Source of the DNA: Hyaloraphidium curvatum SAG 235-1
Lineage: Eukaryota; Fungi; Monoblepharomycota
DNA: 64,000 nucleotides
Assembly: GCA_025558095.1 (NCBI GenBank)
Contig: JAIVFI010000011.1
Span: 372,001 to 436,000, forward strand
Reading direction: 5' to 3'
The notes under the pieces were generated by a model. The model saw only the letters and a program-made list of their open reading frames with translations, searched no databases and was not told the DNA's origin. Made by a program: the position numbers and the translations under genes. This document shows, piece by piece, positions 12,891 to 23,642 of the stretch (position 1 is the first letter of the stretch; each line of letters opens with the position of its first letter).

Positions 12891-15736
12891 CTACCCCGAC
12901 GCCGTCGCAAACTCGACGCACTCGATCCCGTCCCCCGTGCTCGTAGAAAAGAACTGCTGGTCCGACGTCCAGACGAACCTCTGCATCGCGTTCTTGTGCA
13001 TCGACTTGACCCTCGCCGCCGGCTCGTTCTGCCGCGTGCCCGTCCACCGCAGGTCCCACACGCAGTTTATCACCGGCCCGCCCGTATCGCCCACGTACAT
13101 CGTGCCCGAGGCCACCAGGCGGCCGCTGGGCGAGAGCGCGGAGCGGTAGTGCCCGTTGGCCTTGCCGCTCGGCTCGGGGGTGCCGAAGCGGAGGACGACC
13201 TCGTTCTTGCGCGTGTCGAAGAGGGCGTTGTTTTTGGTCTGGGGCGAGTTGAGCGTGACGAGGAGGAGGTCCGGCGAGGCGGCGCTGAGGCAGAGGCCCG
13301 AGATGGCGCTGTCGAGCTTGCACGTGTTGACCTTGCGCTCGCCGTTCATGTCGAACGCGATCAGCTGCAGAACAGGGGGTCAGGACGACCGCCGGGGTCG
13401 CAAATGCCAGCGAGCCCACCTCGCCCGAGCTCGCCGAATACAGCCTCTGGTTCCTCCCGTCCCACTTGAGGTCCGACACCGAGGCCCCGTGCCCAAAGTT
13501 GAGCAGCCTCGCCGAGCACTTTGCCATCCCCTTGCCCGGCACCGGGTTGCCCTGCTGCAGCTCCCTGAGGTTCCAGAGGTACACCTGCCGGTCCGTGCCG
13601 CCCGTCGCGAACCGGATCCCGTCGACGTCGGAGCCGTCAAAGACGAAGCTGGGCGAGGTGACGCAGCTGATGGACTTGTCCTTGTTGTGCGGCTGCACGT
13701 CCGGCTCGTAGAGCATAGTGGAGAAGGTGGGCTGGTCGAGGTCGGCGGGGATCTGGAGGATGCCGAGCTTGTACGGCGAGGTGATGGTGTTGCCGTTCTT
13801 GGTGGTCTTGGGGGCGGCCGCGATGGCGATGAGGTCAAGACCGATAAAATCCATGTCCTCGGCCCACGGGAGGTTGTTGAGATCGGCGCGGCGCAGGGTG
13901 TCCCGGATCCTGATCCTGGGGCTGCGCGTCTCGGGGGTGAGACAAATGCAATACGCGTAGAGAGCAGACAACTCACAGCCCCTTGTTCGTGTCGAGGAAG
14001 CAGATGCTCCCGTCCAGGCTGCTCGCCACCAGCATGTCCGCCTTGGGGCACCGCAGCAGCGCCCTCGGCACGCGGCCAAACACCCCCGTCGTCATGTCCG
14101 TCTTTGGCTTGCTCAGCTTGAGCTGCTGCTTCTTGCTCAGCGGCTGGAACGGCTTGGGCGCCGCCGAAGCCGGCGCGGGCTCCACCTCCTCGACCACGTC
14201 GTCAGTCGGGTCCGCCGGCGCGGGGCGGGCGGCCTTCTTGGGCCTGGCGCGCGGCTCGGAGTCGCCGTCGGCGGTGAGGTCCCCGGGCTCGGCGGCTTCC
14301 GCGGCCTTCTTGCGCTTCCGCTTGCCGTCGTCCGCCTCGCCCGCGTCGCCGTTGGCCGCGAGCGTGCGCACGGACGACCCGGGGCTCAGGACCTGCTCTC
14401 CCGCCGGGACCGAGCCGCCACGCTGGCCCTGCAGGAAGTACAGGTTCGTGATCTCGGCGTCCAGCTCCGTGATGCGAGTCGAAAGGGCGCCCATCTCGAC
14501 CGCCAGCGCCGCGCGGCGCCGGACGAGCTCGCTCTTTTCGGCCTCCTTGGCCTCAATCTGCTTCGCCACGGGCACGTCCGAGGCGGGGCGCGCGGAGCCG
14601 GGAACTTGGGGGGAGAAGGGCGGCGGGCCGTCGGCGGTGCCGTTGGCAAAGGGCAGCGAGACGCGGGTGGGGCTGCGGCTCTTGCTCCGGCGGCGCTGCT
14701 CGTTCCGGTCGCGCGACGAACCCCGCGGGCGCCCCGTCGGCACGCCCCCGCTGCCGTGCGAGGGCGCGGGGGAAGCGTATCGGTCCCCGTCGCGGCGCTG
14801 CTGGCGGTCGTCGTACGCGGGCTGCGAGCCATGCTGGTAGCCGCGATCGTCGTACTGTTGCCGCCTGTCGTACTCGCGCTCGCGCTGGGGCTCCCGGTAG
14901 TCGCGCTCGTCGTACTGCCTGCGGCCCCGGTCGTCCGCGTAGGCTCGCGGATCGCGGTTGTCGCGCGCCTCCGGGTTCCAGCGGCGGTCCCTGCTCTTGT
15001 CTCGCAGCTCGCGCACGCGCCCGTACTCGGGTTCGCGCCAGTCGCTCCCGCGGCGGTCGTCTACCCTGCGCTCATCGTATCGCCTGTCCTCCCCGCGTCG
15101 CTCTTCCATGCGGACATCCCCTCGCCGCTCGTCCATGCGGGGGTCCATGCGGCCGTCCATGCGGCGGTCGTCCATGCGGCGATCGTCGGTCCGCCTGTCG
15201 TCGTAGCGCTGCGCCCGTTCGTCCGGCCTCCCGTCGCCCCGCCTGTCGTTCGGCTCCTCGGGCCGCCTGTCCCGCGCGCTGGGCGGCGACGCCGAGCCCG
15301 GCACGGCTGCCACGACGCCCGGCTCGGTCTTGATGCGCACGGGGCGGGCCCCTGCGACGGCCGACGCCTCCTCGAACATCTTTGCTGCTTCGGGCGACGC
15401 CGGCCGTGCCCCCAGCGGCGTGTTGTTTGTGCCTGTCGCCGACGGGTGCGAGTGGCCCGGCGGCGCCTCCCGCGGGGCCTTTGCGGGGGGGTCCCACTGC
15501 GCGTCCCCCGCCGGCCCGCCCGCCGCTGCGGCCTGCTGCCCCCACGCGGCGCCCCAGCCGCCGCCCCAGCCGGAGCCCATCTTGGCCGCCGCGGGCGGCT
15601 GCTGCCACAGCCCGGTGTAGCGGTCGTCGCCCGTCGTGCCCCCGCCGCCGCCCGCCGCCGCGCCCGAATCGCCCGAAGGCCGGCGAAACGCCGCGGGCGG
15701 GTCCGCCGAAGGCGCAGCTCCAGACGGCTCGCCCAT
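12891..15736 (-). CDS. WD40-repeat protein with long Arg/Asp-rich disordered N-terminus and a coiled coil; ~2 introns
   Basis: WD-like repeats (VASSLDGSICFLD, FATGGTDRQVYLWNL, GHGASVSDLKWD, CVWDLRW) in ORFs 13973-15850, 12853-14079 and 12891-13349, joined by GT-AG introns. Confidence 0.75.
14790..15250 (-). repeat. Coding low-complexity DDRR/DERR/YDDR peptide repeats in the WD40 protein
   Basis: RYDDRRTDDRRMDDRRMDGRMDPRMDERRGD...; repeated GTCCATGCGG on the plus strand. Confidence 0.8.
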
Positions 15737-15940
15737 CGCCGCCGCTCGGCGTTGCCGGCCGCTACTCCGGTCTGTTGAATCCCGGACCCGGAAGCCCTCG
15801 CGCGTCGCGTCCGCAAACAATGCACCAAAATCGCTCCACGGTACGCCCACTCACCCGGGAGGCACGGCTGGCGCGCCTCATTCGCGCGGCATACGCCATA
15901 TGATAATCTCGGACGCGTAGATCGCGAGATTCGGTCGTGC

Positions 15941-17181
15941 ATGTGGAGACTCGGTCCGTGGAAGCTGGTTTCCACGCCAAGGACGCTCGCCGCCGCCGTC
16001 ATCTTCTTCTGGATCGCAATCTGGGCAGCAGCGAAAAGGGATCCCCTTTTCCCCGACGACGCCGACCACGCCGATAGGCCGCTGCTGGTCGTGCACGTCG
16101 GGCCGCCAAAGACCGCCTCGACCTCGCTCCAGGAACGGCTGTGCGAGTGGGAGGCCAGGCTGGCCGAGTCCAACGTGACCGTGTTCACCCCGCTGCCCTC
16201 GGGCAAGTGCTCGCCCAAGAAGCCGGCGCGGGTCGCCCTGGCGCTCGCCAAGCTGGAGCCGTCGAGCACGCAGGGGTACAAGGAGCTAATGGCCGCCGTC
16301 GCGGGGCTCAAACCGGGTCAGACGCTTGTGTTTTCGAGCGAGTACCTCGCGCGAGTCCCGGGACCCGAGCACCTGCGGCCCTTCGCCGAGGCGGTCCGCG
16401 CGTCGGGTGCCGACGTCGCCGTGGCCGCCGTCTTCCGCCGCTGGGCAGGCAAGATGGCCTCGTGGTACGGACACAACGCCGCCGTGGACGTGCGCAAGTT
16501 CAGGGGTAGCACGTTCGCGGCCTTTCGGATCCGCAGGGCAAAGTGGGCGTACCGCAGGTTCCTGGCGACGTGGCTGGGCGCCTTCCCGGAAGCTTACGTG
16601 TCCGTGGTCTCGCTCGAGGGTCGGCGAGGGCCGGCGTGGACTTGGACGCCGCCGTCCTTGCCAATGCGCTGGGCAGACGCGCCCCCGCATGGCTCGTTGA
16701 AGCTTCCCTTGCCCCCCGCACGGGCAAGAGGCCGACCAACCCCCGGCCCATCTCCGCCGCGGACGCGACCTTCGCCGCCTTTCTCGAGTGGGCCACGACG
16801 GACCGCCCACAGCTCGCCGGGAACGCCCCGTTCGACGCGTGGAAGCTCGAGGAGGGGAGGAGGCGTTGCGCCGCTGCCAAGGCGGCGGAGATGCTGCGCG
16901 GGAAACTGCCGATGGCCTGCGGCTCGCTCGCGGGCGAGGCAGCGGCCGCCGATCGGGACGATCTGGAGGCGCTGCGTGAAACGCGGCGGCGGGCAAGGGG
17001 CAGGCTGCGGCTGGTCAACTTCCCAGCGGGCGGGAGGATCGAGCTTCCCGCACCGATCGAACAGCCCGTGCTGGACTACTGCGAGGTCGATCGGGGCCGG
17101 GTGGAAGCCGAGCCGGAAAAGTACGCAGGGTTGGTGAAGGCCGCTGCGGCCGAGGTCGCGGCGTCCTGCGCTGGAAGGTAG
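15941..17181 (+). pseudogene. Membrane-anchored sulfotransferase-like (P-loop) protein with an apparent -1 frameshift near 16620 (pseudogene or sequence error)
   Basis: N-terminal TM; LVVHVGPPKTASTSLQ (5'-PSB-like); LVFSSEYL; SWY. Protein-like sequence switches from frame 15941 to frame 16543 after VVSLEG. Confidence 0.55.
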
Positions 17182-17512
17182 TCTGCGCGGCTATGTTCTG
17201 CAGAGATGAGTGATGGGATCGCCGTCACGTCACGTAAACAACCGGAGGCAGCGCACTCTCCATCGGGCCTGGCCTGAGCCAAAACACGGTTCATCTTCGC
17301 CGAATGAGCCATATGAATCGTCTCGGTGGCGTCGCCCGCGAGATCGATCCCCCGCCGCCGGTTGGCTCGGTCTGAGCCGAACCTCTCCACCACAACTCCG
17401 CCCCGTGGAGCAGCCTTAAGTTCTGTCGCGAGCTTTTCGCCAACGCTTGCTCGCGAAGGAACTCCTCCATTCTATCGGCTCCGAGTACGCTTCTTCTGCT
17501 CTCCTGCCGACA

Positions 17513-20500
17513 ATGGCGTCTACCGGACCCCTGGCGGTCACCTCGACCATCTGCCTGTTGCCTCCCGCCTCGGCTTGGCATCCGATACAGGCTATTCGCA
17601 AGGTGCATGACCGCCAAATCGGTCGGTGGCCTCCCCACATCAACTTGCTGTACCCGTTTCTCGACTTGGACGCGCTCAACGAGGCCTCCTTTGCGGCAGC
17701 GAGGGAAAATCTCCGCGGCGCCCTGGCTTCGGTCGCGCCGTTCCGAATGGAGCTGAAGCAGCTCAAGCATTTTGCCCATCCGCGGAGCGCCACGCTGTTT
17801 GCCGCGCCGGACGACGCCGCCCCCGTTCGCGCGGCCCAGGCGCTTCTCGAGCGCGCCTTCCCGCAATGCAGGGACCTCCGCGAGCGCGGCGGCGCCGACG
17901 GTTTCACACCCCATTTGTCTTTAGGCCAAATGGCCCTCCACCAGGGCGGGCGGGGCGGCAAAGGCATGGCGAAGAAGGATCGGGACCTCGTCGAGGGCAC
18001 TCTTGCCGAGCTTGCCTCGCAGTGGCCCGAAAGCGGGGTCGGTTTCGTCGTGGACAGGGTCTACTGGCTCAGACGCTCGAGGGCCGACGACTCGGTGCCC
18101 TTCGAGATCGCCTGCGAGGTCCGGTTCGGCGGGGCGCCCACAGAGCCGGACCCGGCGGACAGGCCCGTGCCGGACAGGCATTACGACCCCTTCAAGGCCA
18201 GTGTGCCCCGAAACCCGCGGGCTGAGGACCCCTTTACCCCCGTTCTCTACGGCCGCGCCAACCGCGGGCAGGCCCAACCGGCCCCGGCCTACTTCTTTGA
18301 CCTCGCCACGCGACGCTGGCTCTCGCATCCGCATCCTTCTGGAACCCACCCACGCCCGCCTGCTTCCCCGCAGCCCGCATCGAACAGGCTCGTCGTGTAC
18401 ACCCAGAACTGCTTCTCCGGCATCCCCGACACGGTGGAGTCCGCATCGGCGCGGCTCGCGCGGTTCCGCATCCTGCGGTCGCGGTTCCTTTCCTCGGGGG
18501 CGGACGTGGTGGCCTGCCAGGAAGTCACCGCGGAGCTGCTGGAGTTCCTGTACCCCGCCGGTCCCGTGGACCCGGAGCAGGACTCTTTTGCGGCCGCGTT
18601 TCCATTCTCGACGCACCACGCGGCCTCGCCTTCGGTGCTCTCTTCGGCACCGGAAGCCGGCGGCGCGGGTACCTGCACAGTGTTTTCCAAACGGCCCCTG
18701 CGCGACGCCCGGGAGCTGGCACACGGCAAGGCCAAGCACACCGCGCTCGCGTGCGTGGACGTGCCGCTCCCGAACGGAGGCCGAAACGAAGTGGAGCTGG
18801 CTTGCGTTCACTTGACTTCGGATTACAGAAACGACAACCGCGCCAAGAGGGGCGAGCAGGTGGATACAATCCTGGATGCTCTGTCGCCGGCAGCGGAGGA
18901 CAAGGTTCAACTCGTGGTTGGCGATTTCAACATCGCACCGCCGGCGCTCGCTGGCGCGAAACCAGCACCCGCCGCCCCGTTCCGACGGGGCCACCGCTCC
19001 GCACCTGCACCCCTGGACCCCGGAAGCGACGAACCCGCCGTCACGATCCCCCGATCGCGTGGTTTCCGGGACACCTGGGAGGCGATGCGCGGCCCCGACG
19101 AGCCGGGATACACGTACGACCCCCTGCGCAACTCGCTGGCGCACGCCAACGCGACGGACAAGAGCGTGCCGCGGCGATACGACCGCGTCCTTGTTCGGGG
19201 AGCGGATCCGGTGCGAGCCGAGGTGGTCGAGGTGGAGGACGGCGGGGAGTTTGGGAGCGACCACGACGGGTTGCTCTGCGTGTTTCGGTTGGGCGCGGGA
19301 CGGGCTGCGGATCGTAAGCAGACTGTGCACGTCGGTCCGGCCAACGCAGTGCAAGGCGACTGGACCGACGCTCAATGGAAGGAGCACCTCCGCGTCGGTG
19401 GTGACCCTCGCGAGGCAGCCCTCGCTCTGTTGCGTGCCGGGCGCTACTTTTCGCAGCTTTGGGAGGACGGGAGCAGGGATATTTTCCGTCTGGTCCCGAT
19501 CGGGACCTATGCGCTGTCTATTCCGGACGCAGGTAGCGCAGATTTGGACCTTGTTTGCGTCGGGACGGTGTCGGACGAGCTTTTCTGGAGGAATCTTGGA
19601 GCTCTGTTTGGGATGCCGGGCGTCAAGGTGACCAGGGAAGTTCGAGACGCCGTGGCCCCTCTTGCCGAGCTCGCCGTGGCGGTGTCGGCGGGCGCCGTAA
19701 AAGTCGACGTGCAGTACTGCCGCATCGAACCAGCCCAGCTGCGGAAGCTGTGCCGCGATCCGGCCTCCAAGTTTACATTTCCGGGGAAGCTCGCCGCGCC
19801 GCAGGCGGCCCTTGTCTCGACACAGATGCTGCAGGACCGCATCAAGGGAAAGCCGCATTTCCGCAGGCTCTTCGTGCTCGCCAAGAGGTGGGCCAAGGCA
19901 CGCGGCGTGTACGCCACCAAGGCCGGGTTCGTCGGCGGATTCGGTCTCGCCGTGCTCTGCGCGCGTATCCTTTCCGCGGCCGAGGGAGCTAGCGAGGGCC
20001 TTTCCGTCGTTGTGCTGCTGCGCACGTTCCTTGCCACCTACTCTGCCTGGGACTGGTCTGCAGAGTCCGCGTCGTTGGGACCGATAGGTCGCGCAGAAGG
20101 CGGGAACCTGACCGTGCTGGCACCGGCGCAGCCGCTCAACATTGTGCGCAATGGGAACAGCTTTGCGACGGCATCGTTTGCGGAGGAACTCCGACGTGCT
20201 CATGACTTGGTGGGAAGCAGGCCCATCGACAGCCAGTTCTGGGAAACGGTGGTCTGCGCGGACGCCTTGGACGAGATGGTCGCAGGCAACGCAGCGACCC
20301 ACTTTGTGCGCATTCGTGCAGCGGCCAACGCTGTTTCGGAGTTCAAGGAGCTCGCGGGATGGACCGAATCCCGGATCGTTGGTCTCTTGCGACGCCTTGA
20401 AGGAGTCGTCTCGTGGTGTCGTCCCTTTGCGGACCCCGTCTCTTCGCGGAAGCAGCTGCCCTGGGGCTTCCACGCGGACTACCTGCTGGCCCTGCGCGTG

Positions 20501-21049
20501 CAGCTCGGGTCGGAGCAGCGGGTTCGCGAGCAGCTGGTCGACTTTGGCAACAGGCTCCTGTCGGACTTTTCGGACTTTGTGCAGGGCAGCATGGACGCGG
20601 AGGTGTCGCTCGTGCCGGCGAGCCAGATTGCCGCCCAAGGCTTTGTTCGCGGATCCGTGCCCGGGCTGGAGGCCGACGTCGATGCGGACGAGGGCGCCGA
20701 GGACCTTTTTCCACTGGAACTCGATCTCGACGAAGCCGAGCCATCCGCCCAGGCTCCCGCTCCCGCTGCTCCGTCGAACAAGCCTCGTGATCCCTCTGCC
20801 AAACTTCGCACCTCCATGGACGTGTACAACCGAATCGCGTGGGATCCTGCCTACGATTCCACCCGAGCTCGCTACAAGATCGGCTATGAAGATCGATTCC
20901 GCGGGACCGTTGAGGCGCCTTTCCTTTCCTTCAAGAGGGACAGCACGCACGACGAGTTCATCCCTTTCCACCGCGTCACGCACTTCAGGGCTCCGGACGG
21001 CAGGATCGTGTGGGATCGGAAGTTAAAGACCGATCTTGTGTTCGACTGA
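17513..21049 (+). CDS. Multidomain RNA end-processing/repair protein: 2H phosphoesterase + EEP + poly(A) polymerase-type NTase/central/RBD + MJ1316 (DUF504); intronless
   Basis: RWPPHINLLYPF and FTPHLSLGQ (2H); TQN, ACQEV, VHL, GDFN, RYDRV, SDH (EEP); PIGTYAL...ADLDLVC, KVDVQY, KRWAKARGVY...GFVGG (PAP); LRTSMDVYNRIAWD...IGYEDRF...IPFHRV...VWDR (MJ1316). Confidence 0.9.
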   Translation: MASTGPLAVTSTICLLPPASAWHPIQAIRKVHDRQIGRWPPHINLLYPFLDLDALNEASFAAARENLRGALASVAPFRMELKQLKHFAHPRSATLFAAPDDAAPVRAAQALLERAFPQCRDLRERGGADGFTPHLSLGQMALHQGGRGGKGMAKKDRDLVEGTLAELASQWPESGVGFVVDRVYWLRRSRADDSVPFEIACEVRFGGAPTEPDPADRPVPDRHYDPFKASVPRNPRAEDPFTPVLYGRANRGQAQPAPAYFFDLATRRWLSHPHPSGTHPRPPASPQPASNRLVVYTQNCFSGIPDTVESASARLARFRILRSRFLSSGADVVACQEVTAELLEFLYPAGPVDPEQDSFAAAFPFSTHHAASPSVLSSAPEAGGAGTCTVFSKRPLRDARELAHGKAKHTALACVDVPLPNGGRNEVELACVHLTSDYRNDNRAKRGEQVDTILDALSPAAEDKVQLVVGDFNIAPPALAGAKPAPAAPFRRGHRSAPAPLDPGSDEPAVTIPRSRGFRDTWEAMRGPDEPGYTYDPLRNSLAHANATDKSVPRRYDRVLVRGADPVRAEVVEVEDGGEFGSDHDGLLCVFRLGAGRAADRKQTVHVGPANAVQGDWTDAQWKEHLRVGGDPREAALALLRAGRYFSQLWEDGSRDIFRLVPIGTYALSIPDAGSADLDLVCVGTVSDELFWRNLGALFGMPGVKVTREVRDAVAPLAELAVAVSAGAVKVDVQYCRIEPAQLRKLCRDPASKFTFPGKLAAPQAALVSTQMLQDRIKGKPHFRRLFVLAKRWAKARGVYATKAGFVGGFGLAVLCARILSAAEGASEGLSVVVLLRTFLATYSAWDWSAESASLGPIGRAEGGNLTVLAPAQPLNIVRNGNSFATASFAEELRRAHDLVGSRPIDSQFWETVVCADALDEMVAGNAATHFVRIRAAANAVSEFKELAGWTESRIVGLLRRLEGVVSWCRPFADPVSSRKQLPWGFHADYLLALRVQLGSEQRVREQLVDFGNRLLSDFSDFVQGSMDAEVSLVPASQIAAQGFVRGSVPGLEADVDADEGAEDLFPLELDLDEAEPSAQAPAPAAPSNKPRDPSAKLRTSMDVYNRIAWDPAYDSTRARYKIGYEDRFRGTVEAPFLSFKRDSTHDEFIPFHRVTHFRAPDGRIVWDRKLKTDLVFD

Positions 21050-22095
21050 AAAGATCGGGGAGGGCTCTCGGTGCCTTGAATTGCCTGAGCAGGTATACAA
21101 TCTAGTGAGCCCTCTAACGCTGGTCCAATGCTGGCTCCGCCTCCTCCAGTCCGGGATTCGTGCGCGGAGAAGGGCGTAAACAGGGAGAAACAAAGGACGC
21201 GTCCGCGTGATCATGTCCGTCCACCACTTGCAAAGTACCGTTTGCGAAGCGCCGGGGCATCGGGCTCGCCCGGACGGGACGGCACGGGCAGTCAATCTCT
21301 GCCCCGCCCTCCCGGCCCCCTGCTTCGGGGAAAGTCCTCGGACCGCCCGGTTGGGCGCAGGGCAGAAAGTGCCGCCCGCGACGGGTCTCAACCTCCCTCC
21401 TCTGCGAAGCCCAGCGAAGCACACCGTCGAGCAAAGACGGCGCCTCCGGGCGCCGGAGCGACGCCCCTGGGCACGGGAGCTTGGTGGCGGGAGCGGCAAT
21501 CAGGAGGTCGTTGGTCATGGTACGGCCGCCGCGCCGCCGCGCGCGCGGGGGTCCGGCCGGGCGCGCCTTCTGGGGAAGGAGCACGTGCACGGTCGGCCCC
21601 GCGCGCCGGCGGGGCGGCGGCCCGACAGTAATGCGGTGGGGGCCGGATCCGTCCGGCCCAAACACAACGAGGCTTACTCTTGCGGTGGTGACTCCTTTTT
21701 CGGGCCTGCAAAGGAGATAAGCGAACGAATGGCTTGATTGATGGAACGGATCTGTGGAGTCCGCGGGTGTTCCAGTGGAAACGCGTCGTGAACCAGGCTT
21801 CTGCGAGAGGAGGGAGAAGGCGAAGGACGGTGCCCGATTGCCCTTTTCTCCAGATTCCCGAAATATCAACGATTGCACATTGATAAGGGAAAAGAGCCAA
21901 TTGGCATATTCCATCCACTTCGACGCAAGACGGGGTCGGGCAAAGCGTGCACAGTCAGCCCGAGCCTCGGAGCCTCGCGGGTCGGCAGGAACTTCCGAAA
22001 CTGTTTCCCACACCGGAGGAATCCCGCATCTCGACCCGGCACCGCTCTCCGCAGCGCATTTCCCCCCCGTGGCCGCGACCCCGCCCGAGATTCCC

Positions 22096-22996
22096 ATGCC
22101 GGCCGACCCTCCGGCCCCTCCGTCGCCCAGCTCGCCCTCGCCCCCGCACCTCTTCCACCGCGGCGAAGACGGCCTCCTGAAGCGGGAGCAGTTCTCCCCC
22201 GAGCGCCTGGAAGCCCTGCAGGCCGATCTCGCGCGGCACGGGGCGGGGTGGAAGCTGCTTTCGCACGACGAGAGGGAGGAGACGAGACGGAGGACGCTGG
22301 AGGGGCATCCGCAGGGGGAGGACCTGTGGATCTTTGGATGTGGGTTCGGAGAACGCGGGCCGGGGGTCGTGCGTTGGCTGTGGCCCTCGGCCTGAGGATG
22401 CCCTTTGGCCCAGGGTGTCCTTGATCCGAGCAACGGAACGGAGCTGACCAGCTTTTTCGGTAGACGGATCGCTCATGTGGAACCCCGCCCTGCACGTTTC
22501 AGAGTCCCGCCCCGCGGAAGTCAAAGGCTTCGAGCGCTCCTTCTGCCTCTCCATGATCCTGGGCAGGGGGTCGCCCGAGAGCCCCGGGCTGATGCTCGGG
22601 TTGGTCGAGGGGGACCGGTGCGCGGGCGTGGTGCACCGGATCGACAAGGACCACGTCGAGTCGGAGACGTCCATCCTGTGGATGCGCGAAATGCTGTCGG
22701 GGGTCTACGTGCCGACCTGGGTGGACGCCTCCACGCCGGAGGGCTCGGTGCGGGCGGTCACCTTCACCATCGACAAAACCCACCCGCGATTCGCGGAGGA
22801 GACCCTCGAGGAGCAGGCGAACCTGATCGCAACGGCGGTCGGGCGAGCGGGGAGCAACCGAGACTATCTCTACCGGTGCAAGCGCGAGCTCGAGCGGCTC
22901 GGCATTGCGGACCCATACGTGGACGATCTGTTCGACAGGGTGACGGCGATAACGGGCGAGCCGGGCGATCCGCTGCCGTTCGGCGGCAAGATGTGA
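22096..22996 (+). CDS. ChaC-family glutathione-specific gamma-glutamylcyclotransferase; 1 intron (22340-22463)
   Basis: Splicing restores LWIFGYGSLMWNP; RGSPESPGLMLGL, WMREM (catalytic Glu), GRAGSNRDYL. Confidence 0.9.
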
Positions 22997-23642
22997 TGCC
23001 GTGGGCGTTGGGCTTCCCGGAAGGGTGATGGATGGCCGGGCTCGTAAGGCGCCGGTACACAAGCCCCAGAGCCGACCCTCCACGGCTGGTTGGTTTCAGC
23101 GGAACATGACTGATGAAACTCGACCTCGGGAGGGCGGGAGGGGTTCCTCTTGTGGCATGGACCCCGCGGACGAGATAGAAGGACGAGGTCCGCAGGACGG
23201 CCCCGTGGACGGACGAAACCCGGCCATCACCCGATCTAGTGCCTCTGGCAATTATGTACAGCTCTCTCGAGGCCGGTTACGGCGATCTGACTGCGGGGGG
23301 ATGCAAGGACGGGGGCTCCCCCAGGTCCCTGCCTGCGCGCGGACGGCCGCGGGCACCCTGAGCTTCCTCCCCAGGTCCCCCGCGCGCCCCCATCGCCGCC
23401 CCACGCCGGGCGCCCTTGCCCTCTCCCTCCTGCGCCGGCCGCCGCCAGTCCCCGGGCGCGCCGCGTCGTCGAGTGCGTCCGCCGCGCGGCATCCCCCGCC
23501 CCGCTGACGCTCCCCCCGCCGCCCATCGCCTTCCGCACGGTCGCCGCCGCCGCGATCCGCCGCCTCTGCCGCGCGCGCGCTGTTCGCTGCTCCGCCGCGC
23601 CGCGTTTGCCCCGCCGTGCCTGCTCCGCCTTCCGCAGCCGCG

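Noticed and set aside
17921-20983. 1020-aa antisense ORF and many other long overlapping ORFs in the track
   Set aside because: Shadow frames expected from high GC3 codon bias; no recognisable motifs.
21050-22090. 1-kb gap with splice-like signals on the minus strand (CTTTGCAG ~21706, GTAAGC ~21677) and Arg/Pro-rich ORFs
   Set aside because: I could not assemble a convincing coding model; a small spliced or non-coding transcript cannot be excluded without RNA-seq.
23100-23295. TGATGA ... CTGA as a possible C/D snoRNA, or a SECIS element after ChaC
   Set aside because: No terminal stem or recognisable rRNA guide, and no in-frame UGA needing recoding in the neighbouring genes.
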